Positions 9,533-19,198 are shown, counted from the stretch's first letter. The stretch: 46,713 bases of DNA from Spirochaetia bacterium (GCA_021736525.1 JAIPFR010000003.1:1-46713), one strand, 5' to 3'. Notes: a model not told the origin generated them from the letters alone. Translations and numbers: made by a program.

Positions 9533-10561
9533 ATGAAAAAATTAGTTGGTGTGGCATTTGTGATGTTTCTTTTTCTGGCAGCAGGCGTTTTGTCCGCTGG
9601 GGCACAGCAGGAGGTGGATGACGGTAAGTATGTAGTCGGAGTTTCCTGGGATGAAAAATCCATTCCGCTCATTCAGGCTTGGGAAGACTATATGATTGCT
9701 GAAGCTGAAAAAACAGGCTCTGCAATTGGTCTTGATTATGAGTTTATTATCAATGTTGCCGATCTTGATCCCACCCGACAGGCTTCAAACATCGAGGATC
9801 TGATTCAGCAGGATGTTGATGTTATTCTGGCTCGAGCAAAAGACGGTGCAGCTATAGGCTCTTCCATCAGAGCAGCTCATGATGCTGATATTCCATTTGT
9901 TGTATTCGACAGGAAATCACTTACGGCAGAGCAGGGTGATGCATATGTCGGTGGTGACAGCTACAGACAAGGTCGCAGCACTGCAGAGGCTCTTGCAGAT
10001 CTTCTGCAGAAGCAGGGCATCCAAGGAAAATGTATCGAAGTCATGGGAGATCTGAAAGACAACAATGCGGTCCTCAGATCAGTAGCACTGAATGAAGTTG
10101 CAGTCGAGACTGGAGCTTTGCAGGTGGTAACGCAGGTCCCGACCGAATGGGATCCGCAGAAATTCCTCTCAGGCATTACCAATGCCCTTCAGGCCTATCC
10201 TGATGCTAACTGTATTTTTCTTGCAAGTGATTTTGCCTGGTCGGCAGTACAGGCTGCGCTTGAGACACATGACAGATATAAGAAAATTGGTGAAGCTGGT
10301 CATATATTGACAGCAACCTGTGATCTGTTTCCCGATGCGCTGATTGCCATGGAAAATGGGTATATAGATGTATCCACGACATGGGATGCTTATCTACATG
10401 CAAAAGCGCTCGTGGAAGTTCTGAATAAAATAGGAACCAATGCACCGCTCACTTATGGGGAGGAAGGGTTTCTGGTTCCTGGACGTGTTGTCTATCCGGA
10501 AACTCTTGCCGAAATGGAAAATGTCTGGTCACGCGATTACGCCGACTGGACGGCTCAGTAA
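9533..10561 (+). CDS. Sugar ABC transporter substrate-binding protein
   Basis: Signal peptide ending SAGAQQE; RQASNIEDLIQQDVDVI, IPFVVFDR and PTEWDP motifs; AGGAGG RBS. Confidence 0.92.
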   Translation: MKKLVGVAFVMFLFLAAGVLSAGAQQEVDDGKYVVGVSWDEKSIPLIQAWEDYMIAEAEKTGSAIGLDYEFIINVADLDPTRQASNIEDLIQQDVDVILARAKDGAAIGSSIRAAHDADIPFVVFDRKSLTAEQGDAYVGGDSYRQGRSTAEALADLLQKQGIQGKCIEVMGDLKDNNAVLRSVALNEVAVETGALQVVTQVPTEWDPQKFLSGITNALQAYPDANCIFLASDFAWSAVQAALETHDRYKKIGEAGHILTATCDLFPDALIAMENGYIDVSTTWDAYLHAKALVEVLNKIGTNAPLTYGEEGFLVPGRVVYPETLAEMENVWSRDYADWTAQ

Positions 10562-10573
10562 ATAGCTTTAATC

Positions 10574-10603
10574 CGCAGCAGGCGGAGTATTCCGCCTGCT
10601 GCG
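10574..10603 (+). other. Perfect 13-bp GC-rich hairpin after the SBP gene (mRNA stabiliser or partial terminator)
   Basis: CGCAGCAGGCGGA-GTAT-TCCGCCTGCTGCG; no U-tract follows. Confidence 0.7.
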
Positions 10604-10626
10604 ATCTAACAACGTCAGGAGAAGAT

Positions 10627-12066
10627 ATGGAAAAGATTAAAGTCGGAATTCTCACCTTTTCAGATGAGCGGAAATACATACACGATGCTATGCTTGACAT
10701 TAATTTGCAATATCAGACGGCACTCGCTAACGAATTGGTAAAGACCGGCAAGGTTGATGTTGTACAGGGCAGGAGCATAATCGGTAATCGAGAAACTGCC
10801 AGACTGGAGGGTCGGTTTCTTGCGGAATCCGGAGTACATCTGACTATTTGTAATTATGCTATCTGGTGTTATCCACACCTTACTGCAATAGCCACAAACT
10901 TTGCACCGGGACCCTATCTTATGTTCAGTAACCTGCATCCTTCGAAATGCGGTATGGTGGGGATGATGGCAGCGGCTGGAGCTATGGATCAACTTGGAAG
11001 AACGTATCAAAAGTTGTGGGGCGATGTTGGAAATCCTGAAGTGCTGCAGAAAATAATGAAATTCATAACTGCGGCGGCAGCATTGTCCCGCCTCAAAGGG
11101 CAGACAATGGGAGTTTTCGGCGGCAGACCACTTGGGATGTACACAGCTGTATCAAATCTTGAACAATGGCAGAAAATTTTTGGAATCGACGTTGAACATT
11201 GTGAACAGTATGAGATCATGCGACGTGCAGAGCTTGTTCCTCAGCAGGATGTGACCAGAGCTCGTGAGTATCTTGAGAAGCATGCCCTCGTTCTGTATAA
11301 CGATTCGAACCTGACCCAGGAGATATTCGAGCGGCAAATAAGAACATATTATGCTCTGAAAGAGATAATCAGAGAGAAAAAGTTTGATTTTATTGGCATT
11401 AAGAGTATAGGTGATTTGACCGATTACTGGTGTACAGTTGACTTGGCTGAAGCGTTCCTGAATGATCCCTATGACTGGGATGGTGCCAAAGAACCTGTTG
11501 TAGCTGCAACAGAAGCGGATATGGACGGAGCACTCACCATGCAAATTTTCAAGCATTTGACGGAAGGAGAAACGGCGGTACTTTTTGCTGATGTCAGGCA
11601 TTATGACTGGGATCGTAAAGTCTGGTTCTTTTCAAATTCAGGTACACATGCCACGTTTTTTGCCGGGGCATCGAAATTGCCTGCTGACAATTTGAAACAT
11701 GTTACGTTTAAACCAGAGTGCTCCGATTATCCAGCCGGGGGCGCTTCAGTGCATCATTTTGCCGCTCCCGGTCAAGTAACGCTTGCCAGGCTGGCGCGGG
11801 TTGACGGAGAATATAAAATGACTATTGTTCCGGGGGAGTTCGTCAATTTCACCCGAGAAGAAATGGCAGCATTAGGAGATCATGTGACTCCAGAATGGCC
11901 TATTGCTTTTACGCGAACAGCAGCAAGTCCGGAAGAGTTTCTCTCTAAATTCCCCTGCAATCATATTCACGGAGTATATGGGGATTATGTAGATGAACTG
12001 ACATCATTCTGTCGGATTTCAGGAATTACATATACCATACTTGACGGGGGTCTTAAGCATGATTAA
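10627..12066 (+). CDS. L-fucose/D-arabinose isomerase (FucI)-family aldose-ketose isomerase
   Basis: ATEADMDGALTMQI, FADVRHY and PCNHIH segments correspond to the FucI metal-ligand Glu, Asp and His. Substrate unproven. Confidence 0.8.
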   Translation: MEKIKVGILTFSDERKYIHDAMLDINLQYQTALANELVKTGKVDVVQGRSIIGNRETARLEGRFLAESGVHLTICNYAIWCYPHLTAIATNFAPGPYLMFSNLHPSKCGMVGMMAAAGAMDQLGRTYQKLWGDVGNPEVLQKIMKFITAAAALSRLKGQTMGVFGGRPLGMYTAVSNLEQWQKIFGIDVEHCEQYEIMRRAELVPQQDVTRAREYLEKHALVLYNDSNLTQEIFERQIRTYYALKEIIREKKFDFIGIKSIGDLTDYWCTVDLAEAFLNDPYDWDGAKEPVVAATEADMDGALTMQIFKHLTEGETAVLFADVRHYDWDRKVWFFSNSGTHATFFAGASKLPADNLKHVTFKPECSDYPAGGASVHHFAAPGQVTLARLARVDGEYKMTIVPGEFVNFTREEMAALGDHVTPEWPIAFTRTAASPEEFLSKFPCNHIHGVYGDYVDELTSFCRISGITYTILDGGLKHD

Positions 12067-12958
12067 AACGGGTATTTACTATGCATATTGGGTATCAGAC
12101 TGGGACACTGGTTTTATCCCATTTATCGAGAAAGCCGGAACACTGGGTTTTGAAGTACTGGAGGTCAATGCCGGAACAATCAGTAAAATGAGCAGAAAAG
12201 AGAGAACCGAAATACGAAATGCAGCTGAATACGCTGGTATCAGTTTAAGTGCATGCATCGGTCTTCATCCATCATCGGATATTGCATCCGAAGATATTTC
12301 TGTCCGGACAAGGGGAATACAGCATCTACATTCCATAGGTGATGCTATGAAAGATTGCGGCATTGACAGGCTCAGCGGAATAATATATTCCAGCTGGCCA
12401 GGCAAGCTGGAGGGTCGAAGTATATCCAAGCAGCAAGCTCTAGCTTACAGTATTGCTTCAATGAAAGAAGCTGTTAAAACAGCTGAAGACAATGATCTTG
12501 TCTATAATATAGAGGTAGTTAATCGGTTTGAACAGTTTTTACTGAACACTGCTGCGGAGGCTGTGGAATATGTGAGGACGGTTGATAGTCCGAACCTGAA
12601 AATTCTGCTGGATACATTTCATATGAATATTGAAGAGAATTCCATGTATGATGCCATAACTACCGCAGGGCCCCATCTAGGCCATTTCCATCTCGGAGAA
12701 AATAACCGACGACCGCCGGGGGGACTTGTTGGCTTTTCCTGGAAGGATATTTTTTCATCGTTGCATGCAATTCACTACGATGGCTGGGCAGTAATGGAAC
12801 CATTTCTAAATCCCGGCGGGGAAGTCGGTCGGGATATCAGTGTTTTCAGAGAAATTATGCCGGCAGCAGACTTGGATGAAGAGGCTAAGAAGTCGTGTGA
12901 ATTCATTAAAGGTATAATTCGGTCGTTTACTGATGAATCAGCCCCAGCATTGATCTAA
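12059..12958 (+). CDS. dpe: D-psicose/D-tagatose 3-epimerase family ketose epimerase
   Basis: GIYYAYW N-terminus and the catalytic/metal motifs EVVNRFE, DTFHMNIEE, GHFHLGENNR and MEPF. ATG 12059 overlaps the isomerase stop and is preferred over TTG 12041. Confidence 0.85.
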   Translation: MIKTGIYYAYWVSDWDTGFIPFIEKAGTLGFEVLEVNAGTISKMSRKERTEIRNAAEYAGISLSACIGLHPSSDIASEDISVRTRGIQHLHSIGDAMKDCGIDRLSGIIYSSWPGKLEGRSISKQQALAYSIASMKEAVKTAEDNDLVYNIEVVNRFEQFLLNTAAEAVEYVRTVDSPNLKILLDTFHMNIEENSMYDAITTAGPHLGHFHLGENNRRPPGGLVGFSWKDIFSSLHAIHYDGWAVMEPFLNPGGEVGRDISVFREIMPAADLDEEAKKSCEFIKGIIRSFTDESAPALI

Positions 12959-13156
12959 TACTGATTATTGCTAGCTGAGGATCAGAACCCCGAAAACTGA
13001 AAGTTTCAAATTAAGTGTTTGTAATTAACCACCGATGCCACGTACAGGTTTTGATTAAACCCTGAGCAGCAGTCTCTTCACTCTTGATTGAAAAAGTGAG
13101 ATGGCTTTGGGCAGTGGCATCTTCACGGATTATTGGAAATAAGATATCATGCAAAG

Positions 13157-13186
13157 AGGTCCGCAAAGAGCTAGCTTCACGGACCT
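13157..13186 (-). terminator. Probable terminator hairpin for the minus-strand ABC operon
   Basis: On the minus strand AGGTCCGTGAAG-CTAGCT-CTTTGCGGACCT followed by CTTTG; lies between convergent operons. Confidence 0.5.
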
Positions 13187-13238
13187 GCAGCCACTGCTAT
13201 TCTTATCTACTTACTGTGTGCATGAGAAATTGCTGTAA

Positions 13239-14192
13239 TTAGAATGCCGGTTTGGCAGTGGCTGCATTTGTACTGTCAATTCTTGTTGAAGGGGCTATCA
13301 CCCTTGGAGGAACTGCTTCACCATTAAGAATCTTTACTGCAAGCTCCAACCCTTCTTTACCCGAAGGATTAAAAGTCCATGTAGCAGTCATTTCTCCAGC
13401 TCTAATTGCATCAATCTCGCCTTGCATCCCGTCAAGTCCAGTAATCATCATTTCATCCAATCTTCCTACTTCCTTCACTGCCTGACTGGCGCCCAGGGCC
13501 ATGTCCGCATTTGCAGCCATAATTACATCAATAGTGCCGGGACCATTAGCCTGAAGAATGTTCTGCATAACATTGTATGCTTGAGGACGACGATAATCTG
13601 CCGGCTGTTGAGCAATTACAACGATATCCTGATATTTATCAATTACCTGACGGAAACCGCCGACCCTTTCAACAGAAGTCTGATCACCTGGAATACCCTC
13701 TAAAATAACTACATTGCCCTTCGGAGTACCATTTTTCTCAGTAAGCTTCTCAACAATGTACTCGCCAATTTCATTTCCGATACTTCGGTCATCTACAGAG
13801 ACCAGGGTTGTAGCCTCAGTTCCAAGTATAGCCTTGCCAACAAACATGAATGGAATACCTGCTTCATGCACTTTAGTAAGTTGCTGACGAAGTCCTTCTG
13901 CCTTTGCTGCCTGAACCATAAGCAGATCCATTCCTCGTGCCATCATATCCTCAATACCTGCAACCTGAGTTACTACAGAGCCCTGACCATCAGTAGCAAT
14001 AACCTCAACATTCGGATATTTTGAGGCAGCATCAACTATTTGCTGTCTCTGAGCAATCATCATGGGATGATCAAGACTCTCCTGCGATAATCCGATCACA
14101 TACTTCCCATCGTCAGCTTCTTCTTCTCCTGTCGCCCAGACGAGACTTCCAACAATCAAGAAAATCAAACAAACCACTGCGATCCTTTTCAT
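13239..14192 (-). CDS. Sugar ABC transporter substrate-binding protein (RbsB-like)
   Basis: Signal peptide ending WATGEEE; TDGQGS, LEGIPG, ANADMALGA and ITGLDG motifs. Confidence 0.92.
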   Translation of the reverse strand: MKRIAVVCLIFLIVGSLVWATGEEEADDGKYVIGLSQESLDHPMMIAQRQQIVDAASKYPNVEVIATDGQGSVVTQVAGIEDMMARGMDLLMVQAAKAEGLRQQLTKVHEAGIPFMFVGKAILGTEATTLVSVDDRSIGNEIGEYIVEKLTEKNGTPKGNVVILEGIPGDQTSVERVGGFRQVIDKYQDIVVIAQQPADYRRPQAYNVMQNILQANGPGTIDVIMAANADMALGASQAVKEVGRLDEMMITGLDGMQGEIDAIRAGEMTATWTFNPSGKEGLELAVKILNGEAVPPRVIAPSTRIDSTNAATAKPAF

Positions 14193-14236
14193 GGATACAC
14201 CTCCTCAAATTTTTTCACATTTACTAATGTGTTTTT

Positions 14237-15211
14237 TTATTTTTTTCTGTTTTCCTGGACACTTTGAAGCAATACTGCAGCAATTATTATCACTCCCTTT
14301 ACAATTTTCTGCGTATACCCGGGAACATTTATAAGATTCAGCAGATTATTCAATACACCTATTATTAATACACCTATTACCGTTCCTGCAGCACCACCGG
14401 AACCTCCTCCCAGAGTTGTACCCCCAACAGCAACTGCTGCTATAGCATCAAGCTCCATCCCCGAGCCAATGTTTGCCTCCCCAAAGTTCATGTGGTTAGC
14501 TGTTATTACTCCAGCAAATCCTGCCAGAAAAGAACTGACTACATAAACAGTAATCTTAACGTTATCCACTGATATACCGGACAATCGGGATCCTTCTTCA
14601 TTTCCACCTACCGCATAAACGTGTCTTCCAAGCCGGGTTCTGTTTAGAATTATATGAGCTGCTGCTGCAGTTATTATGAACAAAATCGATTGAAACGGAA
14701 CGATTCCAAACAGAGTTCCCTGCCCAATGAATTTCAACCCCTCAGGTGCACCTAATATCGGCTGTCCCCGTGAAAAGGTAAGTCCAAATCCGACAACTCC
14801 TGTCATAAGACCCAACGTTGCAATAAATGGCTGCAGCCGTCCCTTGGTAACTAATATACCGGCTAGAAGCCCCCAGACCATGCTGATGACAAGAGCAATA
14901 ACAGCAGCCGGGACAGCTCCCAGATGTTTCAACCCAGTTATTACCAGTGTTGCAAATGCATAAACAGATCCCACAGATAAATCTATTCCACCGGTCAGAA
15001 TAACAAAAGTCATTCCAATACTGATAATGCCTATGACTGACACCTGTCGTGTAATATTAAAAAGATTTGAAGGCCGTAAAAAAACTGAAGATATAAGGGA
15101 ACAGGCCAGAAACAGTACTCCTAATACTACCAGCATTCCATACTTCTCAAAAAAACTCGAAAACTCTATTCGATTGTGGTATCGTGAATTTGTCAACGTT
15201 TTTTCTTTCAC
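14237..15211 (-). CDS. Sugar ABC transporter permease (RbsC-like)
   Basis: LTGGIDLSVGS, QPFIATLG, GRHVYAVGGNEEGSRLSGI and ELDAIAAVAVGGT motifs. Confidence 0.93.
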   Translation of the reverse strand: MKEKTLTNSRYHNRIEFSSFFEKYGMLVVLGVLFLACSLISSVFLRPSNLFNITRQVSVIGIISIGMTFVILTGGIDLSVGSVYAFATLVITGLKHLGAVPAAVIALVISMVWGLLAGILVTKGRLQPFIATLGLMTGVVGFGLTFSRGQPILGAPEGLKFIGQGTLFGIVPFQSILFIITAAAAHIILNRTRLGRHVYAVGGNEEGSRLSGISVDNVKITVYVVSSFLAGFAGVITANHMNFGEANIGSGMELDAIAAVAVGGTTLGGGSGGAAGTVIGVLIIGVLNNLLNLINVPGYTQKIVKGVIIIAAVLLQSVQENRKK

Positions 15212-16707
15212 TATTCAACTCCTCCTATCGCAAATTTCATTACAGCCTCTTCTGTAGCATTCTCTGCCGACAACTCACCCGTGAAACGTCCCTGATTCAT
15301 AACAATAATACGATCACTTATCCCTATGACCTCAAGCAATTCTGATGAGATCATGACAATTGCTTTTCCTTTTTTTGTAAGCTCTCTCATAAGATTATAG
15401 ATCTCCGTTTTAGCACCAACATCAATACCTCGGGTAGGCTCATCAAGAATCAGCACTTTGCTATCGTGTGCAAGCCATTTAGCTAGCACAACTTTCTGCT
15501 GATTCCCTCCACTTAGAGTTCTTACAAGCACATCCTGATCCTTTGCAGCTATTTTCAGTGTTTTTATAAAGTAATTGACAAGTGCCTTTTCCTTTTTCAT
15601 CTGCAGTAGAAAATATTTCCGTATGTGTTCGAGCACAGTTAATGTTATATTCTTTTTCACTGATAATCCAAGGACCAAACCCTGCTGCTTGCGGTCCTCG
15701 GTAGCAAAACCGATACTGTTCCTGATTGCATTTATTGGCTTACGAATTTTCAAGGGCTTTCCATACATAAGAATCTCACCGGAGTCAAATGGATCTGCTC
15801 CGAAAACCGCCCTGACTACTTCCGTACGACCGGCACCAACCAAACCTGAAAGTCCAAGAATTTCACCTTCATACACATCAAAAGAAATATTTTTAAAAAC
15901 ACCTTTTCTAGTAAGATTTTTTACTTCAAGAACTTTATCTCCTCTTTTTGCTTTGTTGACCGGAAAATAATCTGACAACGTACGTCCAACCATCATGTGG
16001 ATGAGAATTTCTTTATCAATATCTGAAACATCCTTTGAGCCTATATATTTCCCATCCTTAAGCACAGAGACCCGATCACATACTCTAAAAATCTCTTCAA
16101 GACGGTGAGATATATAAATTATGGTCTTTCCCTGCTGTTTTAATCGTAAAATTGTGCTGAACAGAAACTCAATTTCGTGATCTGACAAGGTTGCAGTTGG
16201 TTCATCCATAACTATCAGTTCTGCATTCAAAGAGAGTGTCTTTGCAATCTCTATCATCTGCTGTTCCGCAACACTAAGCTTGTGAGCCGATGTGCGTACA
16301 TTGAGATTTAATCCTAATCCTTTAAGAATTTCTTCTGCTGCAGAATCCATTTTCTTGCGATCGACCAAGCCTGCTTTTGTAACAGGTTCGTTTCCGAGAA
16401 AAATGTTTTCAGCAATTGAAAGATAGGGAACTAAATTGAATTCCTGGTAAATAACACCAATTCCAGCCTGCTGAGCTGATATTGGATTTTGATGAGCAAA
16501 CAGTTTTCCCTTAAAGTAAATCTCCCCGGAATCCGGCTGGAAGGCAGCGCTCAACACTTTTATTAAGGTTGACTTCCCTGCACCATTCTCACCAAGCAGA
16601 GCATGTATTTCCCCATATCTGCAAGCAAAGGAAACATCACTGAGAGCCTTTACCCCAGGGAATGTTTTGGTAATTTTTTTCATGTCCAGAATATATTCAT
16701 CGTTCAT
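15211..16707 (-). CDS. Sugar ABC transporter ATP-binding protein (RbsA-like)
   Basis: GENGAGKST, MDEPT, LSGGNQQKVVLAKWL and LDEPTRGIDVGAK motifs. Confidence 0.95.
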   Translation of the reverse strand: MNDEYILDMKKITKTFPGVKALSDVSFACRYGEIHALLGENGAGKSTLIKVLSAAFQPDSGEIYFKGKLFAHQNPISAQQAGIGVIYQEFNLVPYLSIAENIFLGNEPVTKAGLVDRKKMDSAAEEILKGLGLNLNVRTSAHKLSVAEQQMIEIAKTLSLNAELIVMDEPTATLSDHEIEFLFSTILRLKQQGKTIIYISHRLEEIFRVCDRVSVLKDGKYIGSKDVSDIDKEILIHMMVGRTLSDYFPVNKAKRGDKVLEVKNLTRKGVFKNISFDVYEGEILGLSGLVGAGRTEVVRAVFGADPFDSGEILMYGKPLKIRKPINAIRNSIGFATEDRKQQGLVLGLSVKKNITLTVLEHIRKYFLLQMKKEKALVNYFIKTLKIAAKDQDVLVRTLSGGNQQKVVLAKWLAHDSKVLILDEPTRGIDVGAKTEIYNLMRELTKKGKAIVMISSELLEVIGISDRIIVMNQGRFTGELSAENATEEAVMKFAIGGVE

Positions 16708-16731
16708 AATTTATTACCTATCTCTACACAA

Positions 16732-17793
16732 TTACTGGTTCAGGTCTACCAGTACCTTCAAGGTTTCAGAACCCGGTCTCCCCATTTTCAGTTCCACTTC
16801 CACATCAGACAATGAAACAACTTCTGAAATAAAGGGATCAAGATTGAGACGATTTGATTGGATTAATGTTATTGCGTCCGAGACATCAGAACCAACACCG
16901 GCCACTGCTGATACAATCTTTTTTTCATTAAGAACCAACTCAACTGGATCAAATCGAATTTCACTGCCAGCTTCAGGAAACCCGGCAGCAAGAAGCATTC
17001 CACCCGGACCCGTTAGCATTACCCCCATATCAAAGGTTGAGACTCGAGATGATGTTTGAACCACTACATCAAAATATCCAAGATATTGATGCAGCTTTTC
17101 TGACCCTGCAGTCCACTCATCTATCACAACCACCGTATCCGCACCCATTTGCTTACCAAATTTCCCAATTACCGTGTTTGTCGCTATTAGTACGATGGGA
17201 ACCGCCCCCTGCACTCGGGCAACTTGAAGGTGAAAGAGCGCCATAGCATCATCCCCGATAACTGCGGTACGCTTTGCAAGAAGTGATCCTGTTCTTTTTT
17301 GAGCCCTGACTACATTTGATATTGGTTCGACCAATGCATATTTGATCAGGTCTTTTCCACTGATTACACCTGTACCTATGGGAAATACATTTTTTTCTGA
17401 AACTGCCGCATACTCTGCAAATCCACCGTCCCTGTGAATTCCAATCTGCTGTATTTCTGTACACTTCAACGGTTCACCATTCCTGCAGTTCCTGCATACT
17501 CCGCAACTGATGTTTATATCGACCGCAACCGCGGAGCCAATTGATATCCGCGTCACGCGACTGCCGACTGCAGCAACTGTCCCGACAAATTCATGACCTG
17601 GAATAAATGGTATGTGCTCCACGCTGACCAGACCATCAAATATCATCTTGTCTGTAGAGCAAATCCCACAGAAAGCAACTTTTATCAGCACTTCATCATA
17701 TGCGATTGACGGCACAGGCACGTCCTGAAGCGTAAAGCTCCCCGGAGCGGTTAAGACAGCTGCCTTCATTGTTGTTTGATTCTTTTCCGTCAT
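16732..17793 (-). CDS. Zinc-binding medium-chain dehydrogenase-like protein with a degenerate nucleotide-binding loop
   Basis: CGICSTD, GHE and structural Zn CGVCRNC...C motifs present; the glycine-rich loop reads VIGDDAMAL. Confidence 0.8.
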   Translation of the reverse strand: MTEKNQTTMKAAVLTAPGSFTLQDVPVPSIAYDEVLIKVAFCGICSTDKMIFDGLVSVEHIPFIPGHEFVGTVAAVGSRVTRISIGSAVAVDINISCGVCRNCRNGEPLKCTEIQQIGIHRDGGFAEYAAVSEKNVFPIGTGVISGKDLIKYALVEPISNVVRAQKRTGSLLAKRTAVIGDDAMALFHLQVARVQGAVPIVLIATNTVIGKFGKQMGADTVVVIDEWTAGSEKLHQYLGYFDVVVQTSSRVSTFDMGVMLTGPGGMLLAAGFPEAGSEIRFDPVELVLNEKKIVSAVAGVGSDVSDAITLIQSNRLNLDPFISEVVSLSDVEVELKMGRPGSETLKVLVDLNQ

Positions 17794-17805
17794 CTCATGT
17801 ATCCC

Positions 17806-19125
17806 TCAATCGGGTATGTTCCCATTCGTAAGTAAACCTATAGACATTGCATCAATGAACTCCGGTAATTCCGGTGTTGTTCTTCCAGATACCATATTGC
17901 CGTCAATAACTGCCGCCCATTCGGTCTGGAAATCCCCCCCCATAGAATTGAAGGCGGGTAGACACGATAACCATCCAGTTGATTTCTTGTTCTCAGCAAG
18001 GCCGGCAGCGGCAACTGCTATAGGTCCATGGCACATAAAAGCAATCATATTGCCTGATTCATCGGCTCCCTGCAGAAAGGTCAGGGGATAACCAGCTTCA
18101 ATCATATTCCATGGACAGAAAGAACCGGGAATCATCAATCCATCATATTCTTCGTGTGATATATCCCTTAAATCCTTAATTTGATACAGATCGTCATTGA
18201 TTTCCTGAAGCGGAACTGACATCCCGAAATTACCTTGTACAACATTAACACCAAGCAGGGGGGGTCTGGATCGTTTACACCCGGTAAAAGTACCAATGAT
18301 GAGTTCTGACCCGCGATGCAGAAACTCAAGTGCTGGAACTGCAATTTCAAAATCCTCGAAATCCCACCCTGCAATAAGCAGCATTCGTTTTCCCTTCAAC
18401 ATGTCTTTACGATTGTCCACATAATCATTATCGAAAAAACTGCATAGCTCAGAAACAAATTCCGGGGTATCCACTGTATCCTGAGCTGTCAGAATCCTTT
18501 CATCCAGAACGCAACGATCATTACTGTAATCACACTTCCTTTTGAGCATAAAGTCCACTTGTTCGTTTCCCGTGCATTTTTTACCGTCGGTAAGACCAAC
18601 TGTAATTAGCGGTATAATCCCACCGCCAATTCCTCCTAATACAGCCCCGTTATTATAAGCTCTCAACAGCAGGTCCTGTACCGGCTTCTCAGTTGACATA
18701 ATATCACCTGATGGTCCGCCTAGTATTATCAGTGCATCATACTCTTCGGCTACCGCTAGAGTCACTTTCACAGCAGTATCAGCTTTCTCGCCTCCTCCCA
18801 CTGGAATCGGGTCAACACTTAACCCCCATAAGCCCTGGACACCTTTTTGCCTGTTGTTGGGTCTTGTCCAATGCCAAGAAACATCATCCACAAGGATAAA
18901 ATCCAGAGCTCCACCAAACTCTCCAATATAAGCAGCTATGTAATAAGCTTGGAAATCGCTGAATTCGCTCGTAATAAGGCATCCTATTTTCTTCCCGACT
19001 AAGGGTCCATACGTTTTTACTGATCCTGGTTTATCTCCGGTCCACAAAAGAGCCCCATCTTTTCTTTGCAGCTCAATACCTTTCGCCTCTATACTTAGCA
19101 AGTATTCATTTACTCTTTTTTTCAT
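17806..19125 (-). CDS. Tandem two-domain DJ-1/PfpI family protein
   Basis: Two repeats: EFSDFQ...YDALIILGG...GGIGGG and DFEDFE...YDGLMIPG...FMCHGP...IDGNMVSGR. ATG 19125 has a GGGGAG RBS and is preferred over 19158. Confidence 0.85.
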   Translation of the reverse strand: MKKRVNEYLLSIEAKGIELQRKDGALLWTGDKPGSVKTYGPLVGKKIGCLITSEFSDFQAYYIAAYIGEFGGALDFILVDDVSWHWTRPNNRQKGVQGLWGLSVDPIPVGGGEKADTAVKVTLAVAEEYDALIILGGPSGDIMSTEKPVQDLLLRAYNNGAVLGGIGGGIIPLITVGLTDGKKCTGNEQVDFMLKRKCDYSNDRCVLDERILTAQDTVDTPEFVSELCSFFDNDYVDNRKDMLKGKRMLLIAGWDFEDFEIAVPALEFLHRGSELIIGTFTGCKRSRPPLLGVNVVQGNFGMSVPLQEINDDLYQIKDLRDISHEEYDGLMIPGSFCPWNMIEAGYPLTFLQGADESGNMIAFMCHGPIAVAAAGLAENKKSTGWLSCLPAFNSMGGDFQTEWAAVIDGNMVSGRTTPELPEFIDAMSIGLLTNGNIPD

Positions 19126-19181
19126 TGGTGCTCCCCTGTTTATAAAAGCCGATATCATAAAGTTTTCTTCTTTTACCTTAA

Positions 19182-19198
19182 AGCAGGATCCGTACCAA
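19182..19198 (-). promoter_or_regulatory. Sigma54 (-24/-12) promoter
   Basis: Minus strand TTGGTACGGATCCTGCT versus consensus YTGGCACGNNNNTTGCW, with exact GG-N10-GC spacing. About 60 bp upstream of the DJ-1 start and next to a sigma54 activator gene. Confidence 0.8.

Noticed and set aside
12925-13121. CTGATGA near 12930 and nearby stems as a hammerhead ribozyme or known riboswitch
   Set aside because: I could not build the required stems around CTGATGA and GAAA, the motif lies inside the epimerase CDS, and the region is 3' of both flanking operons.
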